A stretch of DNA of 56,760 bases from positions 64,001 to 120,760 of IMG/VR virus record IMGVR_UViG_3300038499_000012. One strand, given 5' to 3'. Positions 7,346-16,270 of the stretch are shown here, piece after piece (within the stretch, counting starts at the first letter, position 1; every line of letters starts with the position of its first letter). The position numbers and the translations under genes were made by a program. Below the pieces are notes generated by a model. It ran no database searches, was not told the origin of the DNA, and was given only the letters and a program-made list of their open reading frames with translations. The DNA is from a virus. Its lineage: Duplodnaviria; Heunggongvirae; Uroviricota; Caudoviricetes.

Positions 7346-8062
7346 CTATGGTAATGTATTGAGCTTCTCAAAAAGCCTTCCTGACGTATAGTTTCCATCA
7401 GGCAGCATGGATATGTTCCACTTATCCATGAATGCCTGCATATCCTTACGTTGCCATTCTGCTGAATTCTTAGAAGCCTTTCCCAATCTATGAATCACTC
7501 TCGATTTAGGTTCGTACCACACAGACCAATCATGATATCTGGACCACAGGCAATAATCGCTTTCTGAGTACACCAGAAACATGTGTTCGTCCATAAGACC
7601 TATCTGTTCCACCATCTCCCTTTTCAACATCATGGACGCACCATTAACCCATACCTGCTTCTCAGGAAATCTGCAATGACCCAAGGACACTCTCCCGCCT
7701 TTATGAGCACCGGCCGGAAAACATTGCAAAGTGCCTCCGTGCCGAATCAGGTCATTATCCTCCGGGTCTAATTGCATTGATCCTGCAATGCCTACTTTAG
7801 GATCGGATTTCAATCGCTCGATAAGTGCTTCCTGAGCTCCTTCTAGAACTACGGCATCCTGATTAAGTAGCCATATGAAAGGAGCGGTCCCTGCCTGAAT
7901 ACCTATATTACAGGCTGCAGTGAACCCTCTGTTCACCGTGTTGTTGTCAATAACATGTATCTGATAATCCTTGCAATGCTTGTGTACGGATTCTATACAT
8001 CGATCAAGATCCTTTCGATCTCCATACAAAACAAAAATAATGTCAGTAGTGATCATGTGCAC
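7346..8062 (-). CDS. Family 2 glycosyltransferase (GT-A fold)
   Basis: VIDNN..NRGFTAACNIG, FIWLLNQDA, WVNGASMMLKRE...IGLMDE.MFLVYSESDYC, WSVWYEPKSRVIH. Confidence 0.9.
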   Translation of the reverse strand: MHMITTDIIFVLYGDRKDLDRCIESVHKHCKDYQIHVIDNNTVNRGFTAACNIGIQAGTAPFIWLLNQDAVVLEGAQEALIERLKSDPKVGIAGSMQLDPEDNDLIRHGGTLQCFPAGAHKGGRVSLGHCRFPEKQVWVNGASMMLKREMVEQIGLMDEHMFLVYSESDYCLWSRYHDWSVWYEPKSRVIHRLGKASKNSAEWQRKDMQAFMDKWNISMLPDGNYTSGRLFEKLNTLP

Positions 8063-8103
8063 CTTTATAGGTTAGTTCCTAGCTGATTCCTACCATCTGT
8101 AAG

Positions 8104-8132
8104 ATGATACAACACGAAAGGGAAAAGATAAA
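8104..8132 (-). promoter_or_regulatory. Candidate promoter TTTATC-N17-TATCAT upstream of the GT2/AAA/vWA genes
   Basis: Intergenic position, correct 17-nt spacing, and the same motif as at 16271-16299. Confidence 0.4.
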
Positions 8133-8133
8133 G

Positions 8134-8313
8134 TTAAACCAAAGACTCAGATAGGAAAACTTCGCCCGTCTTCCTGTCCATGCCTATTAACGGCTGCTTG
8201 TAATATGTGCATTTATCGTTGGAACAGAAAACAGCCGTCTTGTCGTGATCTTCCCGTCTGAAGTCACTGATCTCCAGCTTCGACTTGCACTTTGGGCAGG
8301 CGAGTGCGACCAT
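8134..8313 (-). CDS. Small zinc-ribbon protein, C-x2-C-x20-C-x4-C (Ogr/Delta-like spacing; not in the ORF track)
   Basis: GAGG RBS 7 nt before the ATG. MVALACPKCKSKLEISDFRREDHDKTAVFCSNDKCTYYKQPL... Overlaps the 3' end of the sigma-like gene. Confidence 0.65.
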   Translation of the reverse strand: MVALACPKCKSKLEISDFRREDHDKTAVFCSNDKCTYYKQPLIGMDRKTGEVFLSESLV

Positions 8314-8974
8314 GTTGTTTCCTCACGGTACTCTCCCAAATGATACCATATTTCTTCATGGCTAATGCGATTTCCCGTTTCATGGTCGATACGAACATGT
8401 TCGATACCCCATACATCAGGGCAATCTCTTTATTCGACATGCCGTTCTTCAGATGCTTATATACATCAAGGAGGGTACAGCCAGCAGTTTGAATAGCCTT
8501 GTTTCGACGACGTTTCAGCGTGTAGGTTTTGTTGTATGCTCTTTTCAGGAAGCGTTGTTCAAACTCATCCAACTCCATACCAAGACCTCCGGGCTCGTCG
8601 GAGACATTGTTGTGTTGTCGGATGTTTTGATACTCCATGGACAGCAGATTGGCCTTTCGTGCCTTATCATCTTCACAATCAGACCATTTTCCACCGCCGG
8701 TATAAATTCGGACACCCTCTCTCTTCAGAATGGTCAGTAGTTCATTCCGAATCACTGGGAAAAGAAAGGTGGACAGTTTAGCGTGGTTTGCGTGGTTGGG
8801 GTCAAAGATGTTCAAAATATTGAAAGTGGCGAATCTTAAGTAGATATCCTGAACAATATCGTCGACGGTGATTGAAGGTGGGCAACTCTGGCGAGAAAAA
8901 AAGCTGGAAATCAAAGACCGAACATCAGAATCATTTAGGCGTACGAAGTCCCCCAGCGATTGTGTAAAACGCAT
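8264..8974 (-). CDS. Sigma-70/ECF-like RNA polymerase sigma factor
   Basis: Region-2-like DDIVQDIYLR...FDP...AKLSTFLFPVIRN. Region-4 HTH LKNGMSNKEIALMYGVSNMFVS. Confidence 0.72.
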   Translation of the reverse strand: MRFTQSLGDFVRLNDSDVRSLISSFFSRQSCPPSITVDDIVQDIYLRFATFNILNIFDPNHANHAKLSTFLFPVIRNELLTILKREGVRIYTGGGKWSDCEDDKARKANLLSMEYQNIRQHNNVSDEPGGLGMELDEFEQRFLKRAYNKTYTLKRRRNKAIQTAGCTLLDVYKHLKNGMSNKEIALMYGVSNMFVSTMKREIALAMKKYGIIWESTVRKQHGRTRLPKVQVEAGDQ

Positions 8975-9155
8975 GGTGATCCCCCGAGATGTTGTGTTGT
9001 GGTAAACAGATAAAACCCCTGTAACTCTTTGTGCTTTAACAAATTATGGCTGCCAACCCTCACGTAGGAATGTTGACAGAAGAACGATTTATGGCTTGCT
9101 TGATGCAACCCATATGTTTAATGGGAAGTTATGAATTTTACATCAAGCAGAAAGT

Positions 9156-9184
9156 AATATAAAACCTCGGAAGTGCCGTGTCAA
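9156..9184 (-). promoter_or_regulatory. Near-consensus sigma70 promoter upstream of the sigma-like gene
   Basis: TTGACA-N17-TATATT. Confidence 0.75.
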
Positions 9185-9257
9185 TAGAAAGTTACAGATT
9201 GTAAGTCCAACAATTGCAAGGGTTTATAGGAAGGTGATCTTGACACGGAAAAATTAT

Positions 9258-9445
9258 GATCCCGTGAGCGAGAAAACCAACGGTTTTAACCATGGGATGA
9301 AAGCGAACCAGAAATAACCCATAATATTAGATACTTTCTTATGCATACGGGCTGGAGTCTGTTGAACGACCTATGCCTCGCCGTAAGGCAAAGGCAGGGG
9401 TGAGGGTTCATGGAAGCCCACGACTTTAGTCGTGGGAGCAGTCAC
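9258..9445 (+). mobile_element. Non-autonomous IS200/IS605-family miniature element (188 bp, no transposase or TnpB ORF)
   Basis: TTAT target at 9254-9257. Left end has AAAA at +16..+19, then hairpin CCAACGGTTTTAACCATGGG. Right end is GAAG-CCCACGAC-TTTA-GTCGTGGG-AGCAG-TCAC. Confidence 0.82.
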
Positions 9446-11859
9446 ACGCCTTGGTACCGGGCTAAAGACAGAAAAGCGTCTATGGGAACCTTGTTTTCCG
9501 ACACGGAAAAGACATTCCCAAGATCATCCCGTAACTTCAAACCCCCCTTAGGGCCCCGGTAGGCAACCCCGCTTTTAACCTCATCCATCAGAAACAGAAT
9601 AATGCCATTCAATCTTCTCACGGTACTCTTTCGAGTATCCTTAATAGTGTAGACAAAAGTTTCATCTGACTCTATATCAACGGAGGTGCTGCTTTCTTTA
9701 GGAACTTCCGAAGCAATCTGAACTGGAATAACAGAAGTACTATCAGATAAAACAGGAGGAGAAATAGAGGTGCTATCCGAAGTAGGAGCGGTAATGTTTT
9801 CAGGAACCACTTGATTTGCACTACTAAATACCACAGGAGATACATTCTCAAGTTCAGGATGCTCTTTGAAAAAATTATTCTCCACTTCCCATGAGTCCCC
9901 ATATTCCGCATCAAGTTTTAATGGTATCGGCCACTCGAAGATTTTTTGCAGAATGCCCGTCAGTTTCATAATGTCATTAAACTGGGGTATTAAAATATCA
10001 AGCAAATTTTCCCGTATCTCAAAAACAAGTTCATCATGCATCGTGATCAATATCCGAGCATTGTCTTGGTGGTTATTTTTTATAATCCAGTTATGAACCC
10101 TAACCATTGCCGTCTTAATGATATCAGCTCCAACCCCCTGCACCTCATGATTTACGGCACATCGATCTCCATGTGACTGCTGTGCCATATCATCACTGTC
10201 ATAAAACATAGCTAAGGGACGGATCCGGCCAAAAGCCGTACGAGAATACTTTAATTTTCGTGCCCGAGCCCGTTCAAGATCAATCCATCTCTTCAACATT
10301 GGAAGGCCGGCAAAGAAATCGGCCATGATCTTTCGGCCTTCTCTCTCACTTATCTTAGCCTTCATAGCTAACGCGGTAGGGCCTCCACCATAAACCACAA
10401 GAAAATTTACCGTTTTTGCAATTTTCCTTTCAGGCTTTGTTATCTCACTCTTTCCAAATATTACCTGACCAGTCTTTGTGTGTAGATCCCCAGATCCTGA
10501 TACAAACTCCTCCATCCACTTAGTCTCTTTGGATAAATTGGTAACAATCCGAAGTTCTTCCCCCGAATAGTCCATAGCCACGATCTTAAATCCCGGACGG
10601 GCCTTGAAAGCTTTACGTATTGGGAATTCCTTAAGAAGCTTAGGAGTGTCGTCCGCGGCAGACGTTGGAAGACTCTGAACATTCATACCACAGTATCCGT
10701 CTTCCAACAAACCCCGTCCTCCAGGAGAGGAGAACCTACCTGTGTCCGTTCCAGATTGATTGAATGACAGCTTTATGTATCCATCTTCATCTACATTTTT
10801 GAGCAAATTTTCAATATACGTACCTAAAGTCTTTTCCATCCCTCGGTATTCTATAAGCAGCTTAACGACCGGATACTCCTCGCCTATCTTCTCTAACGTT
10901 GCCGTATCCGTTGAGTACTGCCCAGAAGCCGTCTTTTTGCTATCCGGATACCTATAGCCGAGTTCATCAAACAGGACTCGTCCCAACTGTTGAGTGCTGG
11001 TAAGATTGAACTCCCGACCTACAAGCTTAAATATTTCCTGCCGTATCTCATTCTGTCTCGTCTCGATCATCTTCTTCACATTTTGAAGATAGGGAACATC
11101 TAGAGCTATGAGATTGCTCTCCATCTGAATGACAACATTGACCAGTCTCTTTTCCAAATGGTAGATGGACATCTGGTTTTGAATAATCTGCTGTTTGATA
11201 AAAAATTCATAAAGACCCAACGTGCAAACCGCATCAGATGCCGCATATACGTACGATACCTTCGGGGAGATCGTATCAAATCTGTCCTCTCCTCGAACAA
11301 CGTCCTTGAACTCCAACATTGGTTGCCCTAAAAGTTTATCACTAAGAATCTTTAATCCAATTTCCTTCTGCCCTGCATCATATAACCGAGCCAGAATCAG
11401 CGTATCCTCAAAACGGTCATACTGTACGACGGAGATACCGTAATTCTTGAGGAAGGCAAGGTCAAATTTAGTGTGGTGATATACCGTCACGCAGTTATCG
11501 CACAGGCGCTTGAGTTCTGCTAAAACATCCCGTTCTGGAATATTTAACTCCGAACCTTCAAGATGATTTATAGGTATGTAGACACCTACAGCAATGTTAT
11601 AGGAGAGGGAAATACCAACGATTCGATTCACGGGTACAGTAAAGCCATTCGATTTTTTCACCCGTGTACTCAACCCGGTAGTTTCTAAGTCTACAGCACA
11701 CACTCCAGCCTTTATGGCCTGGTCTATATAATCAGAGACCTCAAGCATGTTGGATAACAGTCTAAAAGATCTGTTCTCCATCCAAGTCTTTTTAGCCGTC
11801 AGCTCTTTTATATCGTCTTCCAAGAGCTCCGAAAACCCAGGATTATAGTGCTGCTGCAT
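9442..11859 (-). CDS. polA: DNA polymerase family A (3'-5' exonuclease + polymerase, no 5' nuclease)
   Basis: ExoI AVDLETTGL, ExoII HHTKFD, ExoIII YAASDA, TDTGRFSS, motif A DYSGEELR, motif B RKIAKTVNFLVVYG, motif C MHDELVFE. Confidence 0.97.
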   Translation of the reverse strand: MQQHYNPGFSELLEDDIKELTAKKTWMENRSFRLLSNMLEVSDYIDQAIKAGVCAVDLETTGLSTRVKKSNGFTVPVNRIVGISLSYNIAVGVYIPINHLEGSELNIPERDVLAELKRLCDNCVTVYHHTKFDLAFLKNYGISVVQYDRFEDTLILARLYDAGQKEIGLKILSDKLLGQPMLEFKDVVRGEDRFDTISPKVSYVYAASDAVCTLGLYEFFIKQQIIQNQMSIYHLEKRLVNVVIQMESNLIALDVPYLQNVKKMIETRQNEIRQEIFKLVGREFNLTSTQQLGRVLFDELGYRYPDSKKTASGQYSTDTATLEKIGEEYPVVKLLIEYRGMEKTLGTYIENLLKNVDEDGYIKLSFNQSGTDTGRFSSPGGRGLLEDGYCGMNVQSLPTSAADDTPKLLKEFPIRKAFKARPGFKIVAMDYSGEELRIVTNLSKETKWMEEFVSGSGDLHTKTGQVIFGKSEITKPERKIAKTVNFLVVYGGGPTALAMKAKISEREGRKIMADFFAGLPMLKRWIDLERARARKLKYSRTAFGRIRPLAMFYDSDDMAQQSHGDRCAVNHEVQGVGADIIKTAMVRVHNWIIKNNHQDNARILITMHDELVFEIRENLLDILIPQFNDIMKLTGILQKIFEWPIPLKLDAEYGDSWEVENNFFKEHPELENVSPVVFSSANQVVPENITAPTSDSTSISPPVLSDSTSVIPVQIASEVPKESSTSVDIESDETFVYTIKDTRKSTVRRLNGIILFLMDEVKSGVAYRGPKGGLKLRDDLGNVFSVSENKVPIDAFLSLARYQGV

Positions 11860-11872
11860 ATTTAAAAATTCC

Positions 11873-12418
11873 TTAAGTCGGGATCAGACAAGACAGACAC
11901 TTGGCTTCTAGCTTCTTGATAGTTTCTGAAACATCAACCTCTTTCGAACGATAAAAGCCTATCATTTGATACGTGTAGGCCAGAGTCCTGTATTTTTCAA
12001 GAGGAATGATGCCCCTTAATTCCTGAAGTCTTCTACGAATACAGGTAAGATTAACATCATCATTAGATACTTCAGGAGGAGGATCGAGCTTTATCTCTGG
12101 ATCTTCCGGTATAGAAGATGTATCAACCCGATATCGCTCTACAATAAACTTCAGAGCATTTAAAAACCCGTATCCTTCTTTATCCTGAATGAATGAAACT
12201 ACATCCCACTTCTTCTTACAAAACCAACAAAAACAGGACTGAGTATTTCGGTAAAGCCTGGCGCTTGGATTCTGGTCCTTACCATGAAAAGGACACCTGA
12301 ATTGAACTTCAGCAGCGTGCCTGGGATTGAAAGCAAACTGCACTCCATAGCTCAGCATGACCTCTGCCAAGTCTACTTGCTCCAATATCAAACTTTTCAG
12401 CTTGATTGGGTCTTTCAA
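11873..12418 (-). CDS. Stand-alone CHC2 zinc-finger protein (DnaG-type zinc-binding domain without TOPRIM)
   Basis: FRCPFHGKDQNPSARLY...CFCWFCKKKWDVVSFIQDKEG. The ORF is only 181 aa. Confidence 0.8.
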   Translation of the reverse strand: MKDPIKLKSLILEQVDLAEVMLSYGVQFAFNPRHAAEVQFRCPFHGKDQNPSARLYRNTQSCFCWFCKKKWDVVSFIQDKEGYGFLNALKFIVERYRVDTSSIPEDPEIKLDPPPEVSNDDVNLTCIRRRLQELRGIIPLEKYRTLAYTYQMIGFYRSKEVDVSETIKKLEAKCLSCLIPT

Positions 12419-13902
12419 ACGTTAACCGGTATTTCTTTTAGGAGTTCATCATCAGGCATGGCCGTCTTCTTAGGCATCAAATCTCTCAGTGTCCTGGACG
12501 AGAAATCCAAATGAGCCTCAAATGCAGGGAAGGGGGCCCCCCACCGATGCTTCATGCACCCTATTTTCACAAGACTGTTACGCTGCATCTCTTCAGTCAT
12601 GAAAACGCTGACAACCATATCCGCGGAACGTTCTGTTTCGTTAGAGTCTGATAGTGCTGATAGCTTATAGATACCCTCATTCTTTTCAGCTTCTTTCCAA
12701 CCCTGACGATTCATCTGCCATGGTGTGATGAATCGAACACCACGGCCGTTATCAAAAGTTATTGACAGATTCTTGAATCTCTGTATCATGGAATTGAGAT
12801 CCGCTTTACGATCTCCCTGTCTCTCAGCCTTATCCGGATACATCAGTCCTACGTAATCGACTATCACGAAATCCAGCTTCTTTCCTTCTTCCACCAGGGC
12901 AGCGTTAACGTCATACATCTTGTATTCAAGCTTAGCGGGGGTCAGCATCTCAGTGGGCTGATGAATCGTTAGGTTACCAAAACTCTCTTGGGCCACGAAA
13001 TCCTTCAATGCTACCTGAAAAAACTCTTCTTCCGTATCCGTAAATTCTCCATACCTAAGCTTATCAAACGACAATTTTCCAGCAAGATTCTTATATTTAG
13101 GATGGTCATACCATTCAGGATTGCTGGAATGAAGCAGATATAACATCCTTCTCATGTCTTCAAAGGGCATCTCCAATGTCACATACAATCCATTCAGACC
13201 CTGCATTATACCGTTGTAGGCTAAATTGGCTACCACGGTAGTCTTGGACTGACCTACATATCCTGCGACGATCATTAACTGCCCAGGTTTCGTTCCTCTT
13301 TGAACGTCATCGATACGTTCGAGGAACGTGTACATGCCAATAGCCGCCAGAGGATCTTTTTTCTTTGCCAAATAATCCTTCAAGACTTCTTGAGCATCCT
13401 CCTCACTCCGGATGCTGCTTTCAGTTTTCACGTACGTTTCGTGATACTTAAGGGTCCTGACTTCTCCCATGAAATAGTCAGATGCCTCGCCTATCCCCTT
13501 TAGAGTTTTCTTACCTACCTTTAGGCCAGCATTAGCTACTTGCCAAGTCTTGGTAAGGATACTCTGGAGTTTGCCTTTGGACTGTTCTTCAAACTTATCT
13601 TTAAGAATGGCCTTAAAATTCGATCCTATATACGGCTGTTCCGCAACAATGTCCTTCAAAGAGGATAGGACTGTAGTATCTCCCTCCTTAGTTCCCTTAT
13701 CATATAACAGTTCTAAAGAGGGTATCTGTTCGTATTCCCTGAAATGGGATTCTATCCAGTGGTAGAGCTTGATGTAAGAAGGATCCTCAGGCTCTACACG
13801 GCTGGCTAAAAACGACCTGTAGTTGGCCTTTAAGTCCGACTGTTCAATCGTAGACTTATCATTTTTACGTATGTCAATTATCGAACGAAATATTTTTTTC
13901 AC
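12415..13902 (-). CDS. dnaB: DnaB-like replicative helicase (SF4)
   Basis: GQLMIVAGYVGQSKTT, YVTLEMP, FVIVDYVGLM, ITPWQMNR, SDSNETERSAD. Confidence 0.88.
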   Translation of the reverse strand: MKKIFRSIIDIRKNDKSTIEQSDLKANYRSFLASRVEPEDPSYIKLYHWIESHFREYEQIPSLELLYDKGTKEGDTTVLSSLKDIVAEQPYIGSNFKAILKDKFEEQSKGKLQSILTKTWQVANAGLKVGKKTLKGIGEASDYFMGEVRTLKYHETYVKTESSIRSEEDAQEVLKDYLAKKKDPLAAIGMYTFLERIDDVQRGTKPGQLMIVAGYVGQSKTTVVANLAYNGIMQGLNGLYVTLEMPFEDMRRMLYLLHSSNPEWYDHPKYKNLAGKLSFDKLRYGEFTDTEEEFFQVALKDFVAQESFGNLTIHQPTEMLTPAKLEYKMYDVNAALVEEGKKLDFVIVDYVGLMYPDKAERQGDRKADLNSMIQRFKNLSITFDNGRGVRFITPWQMNRQGWKEAEKNEGIYKLSALSDSNETERSADMVVSVFMTEEMQRNSLVKIGCMKHRWGAPFPAFEAHLDFSSRTLRDLMPKKTAMPDDELLKEIPVNV

Positions 13903-14585
13903 TTTGTAACGAACCCCGCTGCTGAGTCTTGGCTGGCAGACCGTTTGGAGGACTTGTTCCCATCACCTACTATTTCAATGATCTGATAAGACGCCTTAAC
14001 ACAATTCATGAGCTCTTCAGAATACTCGTACGTGCAATCGCTCAGTACTTTTCGAAATGTTGGAAGATACAACCATGTGGGCCTCCTGCTTCTCATACGG
14101 ATGTACACGACCTCGGCTATGCAAGTCTTGAGCTGATCATTTTTCTCCATGGTATCCAGGCAGATTACCATGAGATGGAATTTGTTGGTATCCGCCAGGC
14201 TCGCTGAACTTCCGTCCTTTTGTTCAACGTAAAAATCCCTGAGTACTGAGATGGAACTACAGAACAGAATACTCGTAACCGGATCATCAAACCTGTGACG
14301 CATCATAATGCTTTTCACATTTTGACGAAACAACCAATCATTACCTCTGACCATATAATTCTGATTCTCCAAAAGATTCGTCGGATCGAATACCAGCTGC
14401 TTATCGATACGCTCTAAAGGCATGTACTCCTCATGACAATCTCCGAGTAACGACGGGCACTCCTCAGATACCAGTTTTGATGTCAGACACAGGCATGGCT
14501 GTGACCGCATGATTTTGATGTGAAATACGGGCTGTGTGACAACAACACCTTGATACCCGCTACCACCGCATATTGAGCAGATCAT
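13899..14585 (-). CDS. DnaC/IstB-like helicase-loader homologue lacking a recognisable P-loop
   Basis: N-terminal CxxCxGxG...PCxC Zn motif. ILFCSSISVLRDF, FHLMVICLD and EVVYIRMRSRRPTWL follow the DnaC/IstB strand pattern. Coupled to dnaB. Confidence 0.55.
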   Translation of the reverse strand: MICSICGGSGYQGVVVTQPVFHIKIMRSQPCLCLTSKLVSEECPSLLGDCHEEYMPLERIDKQLVFDPTNLLENQNYMVRGNDWLFRQNVKSIMMRHRFDDPVTSILFCSSISVLRDFYVEQKDGSSASLADTNKFHLMVICLDTMEKNDQLKTCIAEVVYIRMRSRRPTWLYLPTFRKVLSDCTYEYSEELMNCVKASYQIIEIVGDGNKSSKRSASQDSAAGFVTK

Positions 14586-16255
14586 AAAGCAGCCGCATCC
14601 TTTTTAATGTCTTCAAACAGATCGTCTATAATACTGTCCTCTGATCCGGTAAAATCCAGAGCTCCTACAGCCGTATTGCCCAATATGGCATCACTGAGAT
14701 CCTTCTTCGCATCAACCTTATTAAGCACTCGAACATCAATAGTTCCCTTGTTCACCATATGAATAAGCAGGATATGCTCCCTAAGACTTCCTATTCTCTG
14801 GGCTCTACCAATAGTTTGTACCAAATCTCCATAGGACCATGGGGTGTCATAAAAGATTACTACACTGGCTGCTTGAAGATTCAGGGATTCAGATCCTGCG
14901 GTCGTTATGAAGATGATATTGCAGTTTGGGTCAGACATAAACTTGTTTTTTGCGACGTCCCGTTCCTTGGCATTCTCACCCCCTGTTATCTTCGTATACT
15001 GTATGTGGTTACGTTCACAGATGATTTCCAAAAAAGGTATCCCACTTGCGAATCTGGTGAATAGGATGACCTTCTCCGTTAGGAGCTCATCCTGCATGAG
15101 TCTCAGGAATTCATTCTCCTTGCTGGACTCTCCAGGTTTTTTCACAAGGGCTGGACCATTACTGACCATCTGGCAGTACGTAAGAGCCGCAAGCTTGCCG
15201 CGTTTTTTACCCTCAGGGGTCAGGAACTTCTCGTACTTTTCCTTGAGCTGATTGTATAGTTCCATGACCTTAACATCGAACTGCCCATTCCTGACCTTAT
15301 CTGATACCTCAAAAAACGCCTGTTTGATCTTTTCCTCATACAGGATGCCGGCTAAAGCTTCCCGGTATGCCTGCTTCTGCTCATCTTCCATTTCCAAAAC
15401 GACCTTACGAGACATGAGTTTTGGTAGTTCGGTAGCCACCTCTTCTTTCCTGCGTATCAAAAAATACGGGTCGAGTACCGTTTTGAACTCTTTGAGGTTC
15501 TTATACCCGACGATCTTTGGTATTTGACGGGGTTTGCCATTGATGATCAGTCTCATGAGTCTCATCTGGCAAAAATTGGTCCTAAACCGGGTAATGTTCC
15601 CAAATAAACCGGGAACGATTACCGCATAGATACCCCATACCTCTTCAAGACCGTTTTTTATGATGGTCGCGGATAAGCCATAGACACGCTTGGCAGACAG
15701 GGCAAGTTGCTCACAGGCAAAATGGGTCTTGGTCTTTTTATTCTTAATAACCACACATTCATCAAGAACCATCATGTAGTTGTTCCCAAGAATCTGCTTG
15801 ATCGCTTCATACTCATCAAGAATCGGGTTGTAATTGATTATTAACACATTCTCAGTGAACCGACTATATTGCATTTTTCTTGCTTGATACCCTACGACCC
15901 CTTCAAACTCATTAGTAAGTACCCTGGTAGTTATGCCCTGTGTAAATTTCTGAAACTCTTCCTCCCACTGATACATGGCGGATTTATGGCATAGAACTAT
16001 GAGCTTCAGCGTCGGATCCTGATCGAGAAGAAACGAGTACGCCATTATGATCTGTAGCGTTTTTCCCAATCCACAAGAATCTCCAAGCACCATCCTATTG
16101 AGCAGGAGCATATGCAGAGCCCCTACAACCTGATAGTATCTGAGTTTCGTGGACTCTCGAACATACTTATTGGGCTTGAAAGAGGCAGTCTTGGACTGCC
16201 GAAGCTCAAGAAGCTTGGGATATATCTCGGGCACGCCGACAAACGTCTGGGCCAT
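14582..16255 (-). CDS. SNF2-family helicase/translocase
   Basis: LGDSCGLGKTLQ, VLDECVVIKN, LSATIIKNGLEE, RRKEEV..ELP, ESLNLQAASVVIFYDTPW, QTIGRAQRIG. Confidence 0.93.
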   Translation of the reverse strand: MAQTFVGVPEIYPKLLELRQSKTASFKPNKYVRESTKLRYYQVVGALHMLLLNRMVLGDSCGLGKTLQIIMAYSFLLDQDPTLKLIVLCHKSAMYQWEEEFQKFTQGITTRVLTNEFEGVVGYQARKMQYSRFTENVLIINYNPILDEYEAIKQILGNNYMMVLDECVVIKNKKTKTHFACEQLALSAKRVYGLSATIIKNGLEEVWGIYAVIVPGLFGNITRFRTNFCQMRLMRLIINGKPRQIPKIVGYKNLKEFKTVLDPYFLIRRKEEVATELPKLMSRKVVLEMEDEQKQAYREALAGILYEEKIKQAFFEVSDKVRNGQFDVKVMELYNQLKEKYEKFLTPEGKKRGKLAALTYCQMVSNGPALVKKPGESSKENEFLRLMQDELLTEKVILFTRFASGIPFLEIICERNHIQYTKITGGENAKERDVAKNKFMSDPNCNIIFITTAGSESLNLQAASVVIFYDTPWSYGDLVQTIGRAQRIGSLREHILLIHMVNKGTIDVRVLNKVDAKKDLSDAILGNTAVGALDFTGSEDSIIDDLFEDIKKDAAAL

Positions 16256-16270
16256 AATGTCTCCTTATAA

